A stretch of 32,000 bases of DNA from Kineococcus radiotolerans SRS30216 = ATCC BAA-149. GTDB taxonomy: Bacteria > Actinomycetota > Actinomycetes > Actinomycetales > Kineococcaceae. Positions 8,330-16,289 of this stretch are shown piece after piece. The number at the start of each line of letters is the position of its first letter. The first letter of the stretch is position 1. The notes beneath the pieces were generated by a model, which was given only the letters and a program-made list of their open reading frames with translations, had not been told where the DNA came from and ran no database searches. Location of the stretch: contig NC_009664.2 in the NCBI RefSeq assembly GCF_000017305.1, forward strand, positions 1,920,001 through 1,952,000. Direction: 5' to 3'. Made by a program: the position numbers and the translations under genes.

Positions 8330-8719
8330 GTGACCACCGCCGCCCTGGTCGTGACCGGCCTCGCCGCCCTGGTCCACGTCTACGTCTTCGTCCTGGAGTC
8401 CCTGCTGTGGACGGGGCCGCGCGCGGCCCGGGTCTTCGGACTCGACGCGGCGACCGCGCGGGCCACCGCCCCCCTGGCCTTCAACCAGGGCTTCTACAAC
8501 CTGTTCCTGGCGCTGGAGATCGCCGCCGGGACGGTCGTGATCGCCACCGGCCACCGCGCCGTCGGGGCGACCCTCGTCCTGGTCGGTGCGCTCTCCATGG
8601 TCGGGGCGGGGCTCGTGCTGGTCCTCTCCGACCGCACGAAGGCCCGCGCCGCCCTCGTCCAGCTCGTCCCCGCCCTGCTCGGCAGCCTGCTGCTGATCGC
8701 GGCCCTCACCACCGACTGA
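8330..8719 (+). CDS. DUF1304-type small integral membrane protein
   Basis: Internal GTG at 8330 of track ORF 8000..8719, with ACGGAG upstream. Four hydrophobic segments. Motif HVYVFVLESLLW ... FNQGFYNLFLA is as I recall for DUF1304. Confidence 0.8.
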   Translation: MTTAALVVTGLAALVHVYVFVLESLLWTGPRAARVFGLDAATARATAPLAFNQGFYNLFLALEIAAGTVVIATGHRAVGATLVLVGALSMVGAGLVLVLSDRTKARAALVQLVPALLGSLLLIAALTTD

Positions 8720-8730
8720 AGGAGCACCCC

Positions 8731-9735
8731 GTGACGTCCAGCACCCAGGTCCAGCTCGTCAGCCGCCCCCGCGGGTGGCCCACGCCGGAGGACTTCCGCA
8801 CCGTCTCCGTCGAACTGCCCGCCCTGGCCCCCGGCCAGGTCCGGATCCGCAACGAGTTCCTCTCCGTCGACCCCTACATGCGGGGCCGGATGAGCGCCGC
8901 CCGCAGCTACGTCGCGCCGTACGCGGTGGGCGAGACGATGACCGGCGGCGCCGTCGGGCGGGTGGAGGAGTCCACCAGCGACGACCTGCCCGTGGGGACC
9001 CTGGTCGTCCACGACCTGGGCTGGCGCGACGTCGCCCAGGGCGACGCGGCCGCCTTCCGCGCCGTCGCCGAGGTCCCCGGCGCCCCCAGCTCCCTGCACC
9101 TGGGGATCCTGGGGATGACCGGCCTCACCGCCTACGTCGGCCTCACGGCGATCGCCGGGCTGCGCGAGGGCGAGACCGTCTTCGTCTCCGGCGCCGCGGG
9201 GGCCGTCGGCACCGCCGTCGGGCAGATCGCCCGCCTCCTCGGCGCGAGCACCGTCATCGGCTCGGCGGGCTCGGCCGAGAAGGTGGCGCTGCTGGAGGGC
9301 AAGTACGGCTACGACCGCGCCCTGAACTACCGGGACGCCCCGATCCGCGAGCAGCTCGCGCAGGCCGCGCCCGACGGCATCGACGTGTTCTTCGACAACG
9401 TCGGCGGGGACCACCTCGAAGCCGCGCTCGCCGCCTTCAACGACCACGGCCGCGCCGCGATCTGCGGGGCGATCTCGCAGTACAACGCGACCGGTCCCGT
9501 GGCCGGCCCGGACAACCTCGGCAACCTCGTCACCCGCAAGCTGACGCTGCGGGGCTTCATCGTCGGTGACCACCGCGAGCTCGCCGGGGAGTTCCGCGAG
9601 CGGATGACCGGCTGGTTCGCCGACGGGCGGATCGCCTACGACGAGACGGTCTTCGAGGGCATCGGGAACGCCGTGGACGCGTTCCTGGCCATGATGCGCG
9701 GCGCCAACACGGGGAAGATGGTCGTCAGGCTCTGA
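8731..9735 (+). CDS. NADP-dependent oxidoreductase, medium-chain dehydrogenase/reductase (YncB/CurA/alkenal reductase-like)
   Basis: Internal GTG at 8731 of track ORF 8407..9735, with GAAGGAG upstream, 12 bp after the DUF1304 stop. Motifs: FLSVDPYMRGRM, GMTGLTAY, VSGAAGAVGTAVGQIA, FDNVGG. Confidence 0.9.
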   Translation: MTSSTQVQLVSRPRGWPTPEDFRTVSVELPALAPGQVRIRNEFLSVDPYMRGRMSAARSYVAPYAVGETMTGGAVGRVEESTSDDLPVGTLVVHDLGWRDVAQGDAAAFRAVAEVPGAPSSLHLGILGMTGLTAYVGLTAIAGLREGETVFVSGAAGAVGTAVGQIARLLGASTVIGSAGSAEKVALLEGKYGYDRALNYRDAPIREQLAQAAPDGIDVFFDNVGGDHLEAALAAFNDHGRAAICGAISQYNATGPVAGPDNLGNLVTRKLTLRGFIVGDHRELAGEFRERMTGWFADGRIAYDETVFEGIGNAVDAFLAMMRGANTGKMVVRL

Positions 9736-9736
9736 C

Positions 9737-9788
9737 GCGCCCCGGCGCGGGGCGCGGCGGAGCGTCCCCCGGCCGGGCCGGGGGACGC
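9737..9788. terminator. Two consecutive GC hairpins between convergent genes
   Basis: GCGCCCCG-gcg-CGGGGCGC at 9737..9755 and GCGTCCCCCGG-ccggg-CCGGGGGACGC at 9762..9788. Both lie in the gap between the stops at 9735 (+) and 9802 (-). Confidence 0.45.
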
Positions 9789-9801
9789 CGTCGCGGGCCG
9801 G

Positions 9802-10110
9802 TCAGTCCGGGGAGCCGACGGTCGCGTCGTCCTCCAGCAGCTCCACCGCGGCGTGGGCCCGGTTGAAGAAGTCCACGGACACGACGACCGCGGCCTCCGC
9901 GCCCTGCCGGGTGATGACCAGCGGCTTCTCGACGATCCCGTCCAGCAGCCGCGGCAGCTCGACGTCGGCGACGTCGGCGTGCGGGTAGATCGCGGCGGCC
10001 GGGTCCTCCCGGGCGTCGCGGTGGAACTCCGCGACCCGCTCGCGGGCCTCGGCGTACTCCGCGGCCCAGTCGGTGTCGCGGTCCTTGACGTCGCTCTGCT
10101 GCTCGCTCAC
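9802..10110 (-). CDS. Phd/YefM-like antitoxin-fold protein with an acidic N-terminal extension; no adjacent toxin gene
   Basis: C-terminal 103 codons of track ORF 9802..10506. GTG at 10110 with GGAGG 7 nt upstream. The segment LPRLLDGIVEKPLVITRQGAEAAVVVSVDFF resembles the Phd/YefM N-terminal beta-alpha core. Confidence 0.55.
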   Translation of the reverse strand: MSEQQSDVKDRDTDWAAEYAEARERVAEFHRDAREDPAAAIYPHADVADVELPRLLDGIVEKPLVITRQGAEAAVVVSVDFFNRAHAAVELLEDDATVGSPD

Positions 10111-10156
10111 GCGGCGGCCTCCGCTCGCGCGTCCCCATGGGTCCAGGTGGTGTGGA

Positions 10157-10168
10157 GATCCATGGATC
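10157..10168. promoter_or_regulatory. Perfect 12-bp palindrome GATCCATGGATC upstream of the Phd-like gene
   Basis: Read directly from the sequence. It lies 47-58 bp upstream of the GTG at 10110, in a locally less GC-rich patch. Confidence 0.4.
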
Positions 10169-10236
10169 CACGATAGTCGCCCCGCCCGTGCGCGCGCGGC
10201 TGACCGGGTCGGGAACCCCCGCCGGGCCCACCCGAC

Positions 10237-10289
10237 GCCCGCCCGGGGCCCGCCCGGGGCCCGTCCGGTGCCCGCCACGACGGGCGGGC
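10237..10289. repeat. About 3.7 tandem copies of an 11-mer (GCCCGCCCGGG) running into a hairpin
   Basis: GCCCGCCCGGG GCCCGCCCGGG GCCCGTCCGGT GCCCGCC-acgacg-GGCGGGC, located 70-125 bp upstream of the DUF2079 start at 10361. Confidence 0.6.
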
Positions 10290-10360
10290 GGGGCCCGGCG
10301 TCCGTACCGTGACCCGCGGTCGAACCCCCGGACGTGCCGGGACGTCCGGGAGGAGCACCG

Positions 10361-11791
10361 ATGGGCACGCGCACGGGCGGCGACGCGCCCGCCGTCGTCG
10401 TCGACCGGCGGGACGCCCCCGCGGACCCGCCGGGCGCGCACCGCGCGCGCGGCCCGGCCGCCGCGGCCGGGCTGGTGTCCACCGCGCTGTGCGCGGCCGT
10501 GGGCACCGGGCAGTTCCAGCGCGGCGACGCGCACGCCTACGACCTCGGCATCTTCAGCCAGTCCGCGGCGTCGTGGGCCGCGGGGCACCTGCCGACGTCG
10601 GGGGTGCTCGGTGGCAAGGCGCTGCTGGGAGACCACTTCTCCCCGCTGACCGCGGTGTTCGGCGCGGCCTGGGCCCTGTGGCCCGACCCGCGCGTCCTGA
10701 TCTGGCTGCAGGCGGTGCTGCTGGGCCTGGGCACCGCCCTGGTCACCCGCGCCGCCGTCCGCCACCTGCCCCCGGCGGGCGCCGCGGGGGTCGCCGCGGG
10801 GGCCCTGCTCGCCCACGGCACCCTGGCCGCGGCCCGCTTCGACGTGCACGAGGTGGCGCTGGCCGTCCCGTTCCTGGCCCTCACCGCGACGGCGCTGCTG
10901 GAGCACCGCCACCGCGCGGCGGCGCTGTGGGCGCTGCCGCTGCTGCTGGTGAAGGAGGACCTCAGCGCCACCGTGCTGGTGGTGGCCGCGGTCGTGTTCG
11001 CGCGCGGACGGCGCCGGCTGGGTCTGCTGCTGGCCGCCGCGGCCCTGGCCGGGCTGCTGCTGGCGGTGACGACGATGGCCCTGGTCTCCCCCGGGCACGG
11101 CCTGGCCCGGCTGGACAGCTTCGGCGGCGCCGCGGTGGCCGGGACGAGCGCCACCCGGCGCGTCCTGCTCGTCGTCGCCGTGGTCGTCGGCGGCGGGGTG
11201 CTGTGGGTGCGCTCGCCGGTGGCGCTGCTGGCGGTGCCGACGCTGGCGTGGCGGCTGGCCTCCGAGACACCCACCTACACCTCCAGCTCCCTGCACTACG
11301 GGGCCGTGCTCGCCCCCGTCGCCGGGGTCGCCCTGGTGGACGTGCTGCGGCGCCTGCCCCGCGGGCGCCCCGCGGCCCGCCTGGCGCCGTGGTGGTGCGC
11401 CCTGTGCTGCGCGGGCACGACGCTGGTGGTGCTGCCCCCGTCGTCGCTGCCGCCGGTGCTGTCCGCCGCGGGCTGGCGGACGGGCCCGCGGGTGGCGGAC
11501 CTGCGCTCGGCGGCCTCCGTCGTGCCGGCGGGCGCCGCCGTCGCCGCGGACAACTCCTCCGCCGCCTACCTGCTGGGGCCGGCCGGCGGGGACCACGACG
11601 TGCGCGGCTGGTCCGCGGACCAGCCGCTGCGGGACCTGCCGGAGTGGGTGGTGCTCAGCACCGACCGCAGCTCGCCGGGGACGCCGCTGGCGCGGTCGCG
11701 GGCCTGGCTGGCGCAGGTCCGGCAGGTGCCGGGGGTCTCCGTGCGCGAGGTCGGGGCGACGGCCGTGGTCCACCTGCCGCCGGTGCGCTGA
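10361..11791 (+). CDS. DUF2079-family polytopic membrane protein (putative GT-C-like glycosyltransferase), copy 1
   Basis: Track ORF 10334..11791. I prefer the ATG at 10361, which is preceded by GGGAGGAG. Motifs shared with copy 2: AYDLG(I/V)F.QS..SWA.G.LP, LG(D/E)HFSP(L/V)TA, WPDPR.L, DVHEVA.AVP, LPLLLVKED. There are many TM segments. Confidence 0.85.
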   Translation: MGTRTGGDAPAVVVDRRDAPADPPGAHRARGPAAAAGLVSTALCAAVGTGQFQRGDAHAYDLGIFSQSAASWAAGHLPTSGVLGGKALLGDHFSPLTAVFGAAWALWPDPRVLIWLQAVLLGLGTALVTRAAVRHLPPAGAAGVAAGALLAHGTLAAARFDVHEVALAVPFLALTATALLEHRHRAAALWALPLLLVKEDLSATVLVVAAVVFARGRRRLGLLLAAAALAGLLLAVTTMALVSPGHGLARLDSFGGAAVAGTSATRRVLLVVAVVVGGGVLWVRSPVALLAVPTLAWRLASETPTYTSSSLHYGAVLAPVAGVALVDVLRRLPRGRPAARLAPWWCALCCAGTTLVVLPPSSLPPVLSAAGWRTGPRVADLRSAASVVPAGAAVAADNSSAAYLLGPAGGDHDVRGWSADQPLRDLPEWVVLSTDRSSPGTPLARSRAWLAQVRQVPGVSVREVGATAVVHLPPVR

Positions 11792-11795
11792 GCCG

Positions 11796-11826
11796 CGCCC
11801 GCCCCGCGGTGCGCGCGGGGCGGGCG
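11796..11826. terminator. 13-bp-stem GC hairpin between convergent genes
   Basis: CGCCCGCCCCGCG-gtgcg-CGCGGGGCGGGCG lies between the stops at 11791 (+) and 11834 (-). Confidence 0.5.
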
Positions 11827-11833
11827 GCGGCCC

Positions 11834-14359
11834 TCAGTCCTGGGCGATGTAGGACCCGAACGCGGTGCCCGCCCTGGCCGGCACCGACGGTTCCCCGCCG
11901 AACACCACGCCCGTCGCCAGCGGCTTGGCCGCGTTCAGCGTCGTCAGCGCGGACCGCGCCGAGTTCGACAGGTCCGGCCCGGAGGTCAGCAGGAGGGGCC
12001 CGCCGAGCAGCCCCATCGCGGCGGACCCCACGAGCGCGTCCGGCCAGTTGTCCCCGGTGGCGACCCCGGCGGCCCGGGTGGCGGTGCCGGCGGCGAACCG
12101 GTCCGAGACCCGCCTGGCGGTGTCGAAGCGGTCCACGCCCACGACGGCGCGCGCGGCGCTGCCCCCGGCGGCGGGCAGCGCGGCCGCCGCCGCGGCGGCG
12201 GGACCGCCGACGGGCACGACCCGCGACCCGGTCGCGTCGTGGGCGGCGAGGTAGGCCTTCGTCGCCTCGGGCAGGACCGGCCCGTCGGTCAGCAGGAGGA
12301 CCCCGCCGGTGCGCGCGGCCAGCGCCGACACCGCGAGCCCGTCGGGGAAGTTCACCCCGCTGGCCAGGTAGATCGGCGCGGTGGCGGTACCGGGCGCCTG
12401 GACGGCCACCTCGGCGGCGATGCGGGCCGCGGTCTCGAACCGGTCGTCGCCGGCGAGGCGCTGCACGGTGAAGTTCGGGGACAGCGCCGCGAGGGCGGTC
12501 TGCACCCCGGCGGAGACCGTCCCGCTGCCGCCCAGGACGTAGACGGTGCCGCCGGGGGCCAGGACGCGGAGGATCTCCTTGCCCACGGCGTCGGTCAGCT
12601 TGTCCGACGCGGTCAGCAGCAGGGGCGCCGACGTCGCCGACGCCAGCCGCGCCCCGGCGAGGGCGTCGGCGTACTTGTAGCCCGCCGAGACTACGACCGC
12701 GCCCGCGGAACCGCTCGTGGGGAACAGCGCCTTGGAGGAGTTCACCGCCGTCTGCAGCCGGTCGGTGCCCGAGAGCCGGCTGACGGCGGTGTCCAGGACG
12801 GGCCGCTTGGAGGTCGCGTACGGCGTGACCGCCGCCGACGCCGCGGACGCGGTCCCGGTGCCGAAGGAGTTCGTCGCGGCGACGGTGAACGTGTACTTGG
12901 CGCCGTTCACCAGCCCGGCCACGACCTGGGAGGTGGCCTGTGCGGTGGTGAACGTGACGGGGGTCTGCGCCACGCCGTCCTTGTGGGGGGTGACCACGTA
13001 CCCGGTGACCGGCGGGGCCGCCGGGGTGCTCGTGGCGGCGGTCCAGGTGACGACGGCGCGGCCGTCGCCGGCGACGGCGGTCGGCGCGGTGGGGGCGGCG
13101 GGCAAGGCGCCGACGGTGAGGGTGACGACCTGGTCGTCGTGGCCGGTGGCGTTGGTGGCCCGCAACGTGAAGGTGATGGGTCCGACGGCGTCGGGGGTGC
13201 CGGAGAAGACTCCCGTGCCGGAGGACACCTTCAGCCACGCCGGCGCGTCGCTCAGCAGCGACCAGGTCGGCGTCGGCGTCCCGGAGGCCGTCGCCCGGTA
13301 CGTCCAGGGGACCTTGACCGCGGCGGTGGTGACGGGCGTGGAGGTGACGCGCGGGGCGCCGGGGTCGGCGGTGGAGGTGAGGGCCCACACCTGCGGGGAA
13401 CTGCCGCCGTCGGCGAGCCAGATCGTCCCGGAGGGGTTGGTCGTCACCCCGTTGGGGCGGCCGTAGGTGCCGTCGGTGGACAGCGTGGACACGCTGCCGG
13501 CGCTGGTGATCCGCTTGACCGTGCCGGCGGCGGGGTCGGTGGCGTAGACGGTCCCGGCGAGGTCCACGGCCAGCGAGGTGGGGGTCCTGCCGGTGCTGCC
13601 GGTGCTGCCGGTGCTGGCGAGGACGGAGAGCGTCCCGGTGGGCGTGATCTTCTCGACAACGTGGTTGTCGGCGTCGGCGACGTGGAGGTTCCCCGCCGCG
13701 TCCAGCGCGACTCCCGTGGGGCTCGCCAGCGGGGACTTGTTCGCGTCACCGGCCTGGGGGGAGCCGGCGAACCCGGTGCCGGCGAAGATGGTCAGCGCCC
13801 CCGACGCGGTGACCTTCTCCACCTGGTTGTTCTCGGAGTCGGCGACGTAGAGGGTGCCGTCGGGGGCGACGACCACGCCGGTCGGGTCGTGCAGCGGGGA
13901 GTCCTTCGCGGGCCCGATCTTCGCGGGGCCCTGGGCGCCGGAACCGACCACGGGCGTCAGCGTGCCCGGCAGGACGAGCTTGAAGACGACGTCCGCGCCG
14001 GGGTCGGCGATGTAGAGACCCCCGTCGGGCCCGAACGCGAGGCCCGCGGGCGCGGACAGCCCGCCGGCCGCCCCGGCGACGACGGAGACGCTGCCGCCGG
14101 CCCCGATCCGCTTGACGGTGTGGTCGCCCGGGTCGGAGAAGTACACGGTGCCGTCGGCGGCGACGGCGACACCGGCGGGAGCCCCGTACGTCTCGCCCGC
14201 CGTGACGAGGGGGGTCGCGTGGTAGTCCGCCACCGGGGCGGCCGCCCCGGCGCTGGCCCCTCCCGCCACGGCCGCCGCGGGCAGGGACATCGCGAGCAGC
14301 CAGGTGGCGGTGCGGCGGAGGCGGCGCGCGGCGGTGGTGGGCCTGGTGTCAGGGGTCAC
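11834..14359 (-). CDS. Secreted, wall-bound multidomain protein: signal peptide, 6-bladed NHL-repeat propeller, Ig-like domain, fibronectin type III domain, three CWB2 (cell-wall-binding repeat 2) modules
   Basis: Track ORF 11834..14359 (841 aa). The N-terminus RRLRRTATWLLAMSLPAAAVAGGASAGA is a signal peptide, possibly Tat-type. Six repeats of the form G(V/L)A...(D/A)G.(L/V)Y(V/I/F)(A/S)D...(N/H).V.K(I/V). Ig-like segment TPTWSLLSDAPAWLKVSSGTGVFSGTP. FN3 segment AVVTWTAA...GYVV...YTFTVAATNSFG. Three repeats contain R(L/F)(S/A)G.DR(F/L).TA ... (Y/N)(F/W/Y)(A/P)D(A/G)L ... PLLL(T). GC3 is high. Confidence 0.9.
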   Translation of the reverse strand: MTPDTRPTTAARRLRRTATWLLAMSLPAAAVAGGASAGAAAPVADYHATPLVTAGETYGAPAGVAVAADGTVYFSDPGDHTVKRIGAGGSVSVVAGAAGGLSAPAGLAFGPDGGLYIADPGADVVFKLVLPGTLTPVVGSGAQGPAKIGPAKDSPLHDPTGVVVAPDGTLYVADSENNQVEKVTASGALTIFAGTGFAGSPQAGDANKSPLASPTGVALDAAGNLHVADADNHVVEKITPTGTLSVLASTGSTGSTGRTPTSLAVDLAGTVYATDPAAGTVKRITSAGSVSTLSTDGTYGRPNGVTTNPSGTIWLADGGSSPQVWALTSTADPGAPRVTSTPVTTAAVKVPWTYRATASGTPTPTWSLLSDAPAWLKVSSGTGVFSGTPDAVGPITFTLRATNATGHDDQVVTLTVGALPAAPTAPTAVAGDGRAVVTWTAATSTPAAPPVTGYVVTPHKDGVAQTPVTFTTAQATSQVVAGLVNGAKYTFTVAATNSFGTGTASAASAAVTPYATSKRPVLDTAVSRLSGTDRLQTAVNSSKALFPTSGSAGAVVVSAGYKYADALAGARLASATSAPLLLTASDKLTDAVGKEILRVLAPGGTVYVLGGSGTVSAGVQTALAALSPNFTVQRLAGDDRFETAARIAAEVAVQAPGTATAPIYLASGVNFPDGLAVSALAARTGGVLLLTDGPVLPEATKAYLAAHDATGSRVVPVGGPAAAAAAALPAAGGSAARAVVGVDRFDTARRVSDRFAAGTATRAAGVATGDNWPDALVGSAAMGLLGGPLLLTSGPDLSNSARSALTTLNAAKPLATGVVFGGEPSVPARAGTAFGSYIAQD

Positions 14360-14386
14360 GCCGTTCCATCGGACGGTGGGCCGCGC

Positions 14387-14424
14387 GCTGAAGGCGCCCC
14401 GCCGACCCGGAGCCGACCTTCAGC
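14387..14424. promoter_or_regulatory. 8-bp perfect inverted repeat in the divergent promoter region between the CWB2 protein and GGDEF-EAL genes
   Basis: GCTGAAGG (14387..14394) and CCTTCAGC (14417..14424) are separated by 22 nt, inside the 83-bp gap between the starts at 14359 (-) and 14443 (+). Confidence 0.35.
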
Positions 14425-14442
14425 CCGCACCGGTCCGCGCCG

Positions 14443-16245
14443 ATGTCTCCGGGTGTGACGACCACGCTCCGAGGTGCCCCCGAGGTCGCGACACCGCGCC
14501 TCGTGGCCTTCACGACGGGCTCGTTCTACGTCGCCGGCGGGACCGCCGCCGCCCTGACCACGATCCGCAGCTGGCCCCACCCGGGAGTGCGCGGGAGCGC
14601 GATCCTGGTGCTGGCGGCGCTGGCCGTCGCCGCGGGTTCGCTGCTGCTGGTGCGGGGCCGCCGGTTCCCGCGCTGGGCCTTCCACGTCGTGGTGGGGCAG
14701 GCGACGTTCATGCTCGGGGCCGGGGTGGTGCTCAGCGCCGACGACGCGGCCGCCCTGGGGGTGGCGGGGGTCTTCGCGTTCTGCGCGGTGGACAACCTGT
14801 ACTTCTTCGCCCGCCGCGAGGCGGTGCTGCACACCGCGCTGCTGCTGGCGGTGGTGGCGGGCAGCCTGGCCTGGCGCGGCATCGACCCCGGGGTGGTGGC
14901 GGCGCTGATGCTCGTGCAGGTGGCGCTGGTCGTGGTCATCGGGCGGCTGGTGCAGCGCGCCGCGCACGGCACCCGCGACAGCCTCACCGAGCTGCTGAAC
15001 CGCCGGGGTTTCGACGAGCGCTTCGAGGAGGCCGTCGCGGCGGCGCACCGGGGCGGGAGCGACCTGTCGGTGGCGCTGCTGGACCTGGACCACTTCAAGG
15101 ACGTCAACGACTCCGGCGGGCACGCCGCGGGCGACGCCCTGCTGGTCTCCCTGGCCGAGACCCTGAACCGGACCCTGGCCGGGTGCGCGCCCTCGAGCAC
15201 CGTCCTGGCCCGTCAGGGCGGTGACGAGTTCGCCGTGGTGACCCCGGGCCTGGACCTGGACGCCGCGGTCGCGGTGGCGGAGGCGTTGCGCCGCGCCGCG
15301 GCCCCCACGGGGTTGTCCGTGGGGGTGGCGCAGCTGGCGCCCCGCGAGGACGCCGGGGCGCTGCTGCGGCGCGCCGACACCGCCCTGTACGAGGCCAAGG
15401 CCGCCGGCCGCAGCCGGGTCGCGACCGCCGCGACGTGCGACGCGGGGCTGCTGGAGGACTTCCGGGCGGCGCTGGACCACGGCGGGCTGCAGGTGGCGCT
15501 GCAGCCGATCGTGGTCCCCGGCACGGGCGAGACGATCGGGGTGGAGGCGCTGGCGCGCTGGAACCACCCCGAGCGGGGGCCGGTGTCCCCGGCGGAGTTC
15601 ATCCCGCTGGCGGAGGCGAACGGCCTGGTGAAGGAGCTGGACCTGGCGGTCGCGCGGCTGGCGTGCGCGGACAGCGTCCGGTTGCGCCGCGCGCTGGGCC
15701 GGGACGTGCTGCTCACCGTGAACGCCTCGGGGCGGCACCTGGTCGACCCCGACTTCGTGCAGGACCTCCTGCAGGTCCTCGCCGACACGGGCTGGGCGGC
15801 GCGCGACCTGGTCGTGGAGGTCACCGAGAGCACCCTGGAGGCGGCCTCGGCCGCCGCCCGCGACACCCTCGAGGAGCTGCGCGCGATCGGCGTGCGGGTC
15901 GCCATCGACGACTTCGGCACCGGGTACTCCGCGTTCAGCCAGCTCGACGCGATCCCCGCGGACTTCCTCAAGCTGGACAAGGACTTCACCTCCCAGCTCA
16001 CCGCGAGCGGGCGCCGCCGGGCGGTGCTGGGCGGTCTGCTGCGGATGTCGGAGGAGCTGGGGCTGGCCGTCATCGCCGAGGGCGTGGAGACGCCCGAGCA
16101 GCGGCAGGCGCTGGTCGCCCTCGGCTGCCCCCTCGCGCAGGGGTACTTCTTCCACCGGCCGCTGCCGGTGGAGGACCTGCTGCGGGCGCTGTCGGCGGAG
16201 ACCCCGCCCGCGGGGGCCCCGGCGGGGGCGCTGTCGGGGACCTGA
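14443..16245 (+). CDS. Membrane-bound GGDEF-EAL protein (diguanylate cyclase / c-di-GMP phosphodiesterase) with a 6-TM N-terminal domain
   Basis: Track ORF 14443..16245. GGDEF motif at 15217..15231 (RQGGDEFAV), preceded by LLNRRGF and LDLDHFKDVND. EAL motif at 15544..15552 (EALARW), with DDFGTGYS, LKLDK, EGVET and QGYFF all present. No RxxD I-site lies five residues upstream of GGDEF. Confidence 0.9.
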   Translation: MSPGVTTTLRGAPEVATPRLVAFTTGSFYVAGGTAAALTTIRSWPHPGVRGSAILVLAALAVAAGSLLLVRGRRFPRWAFHVVVGQATFMLGAGVVLSADDAAALGVAGVFAFCAVDNLYFFARREAVLHTALLLAVVAGSLAWRGIDPGVVAALMLVQVALVVVIGRLVQRAAHGTRDSLTELLNRRGFDERFEEAVAAAHRGGSDLSVALLDLDHFKDVNDSGGHAAGDALLVSLAETLNRTLAGCAPSSTVLARQGGDEFAVVTPGLDLDAAVAVAEALRRAAAPTGLSVGVAQLAPREDAGALLRRADTALYEAKAAGRSRVATAATCDAGLLEDFRAALDHGGLQVALQPIVVPGTGETIGVEALARWNHPERGPVSPAEFIPLAEANGLVKELDLAVARLACADSVRLRRALGRDVLLTVNASGRHLVDPDFVQDLLQVLADTGWAARDLVVEVTESTLEAASAAARDTLEELRAIGVRVAIDDFGTGYSAFSQLDAIPADFLKLDKDFTSQLTASGRRRAVLGGLLRMSEELGLAVIAEGVETPEQRQALVALGCPLAQGYFFHRPLPVEDLLRALSAETPPAGAPAGALSGT

Positions 16246-16258
16246 GCGGCCCCGGCCG

Positions 16259-16282
16259 GTCCGCACCCCGCGGGGTGCGGAC
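16259..16282. terminator. Near-perfect palindromic GC hairpin between convergent genes
   Basis: GTCCGCACCCCGCGGGGTGCGGAC lies between the stops at 16245 (+) and 16290 (-). Confidence 0.5.
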
Positions 16283-16289
16283 ACGGCGG

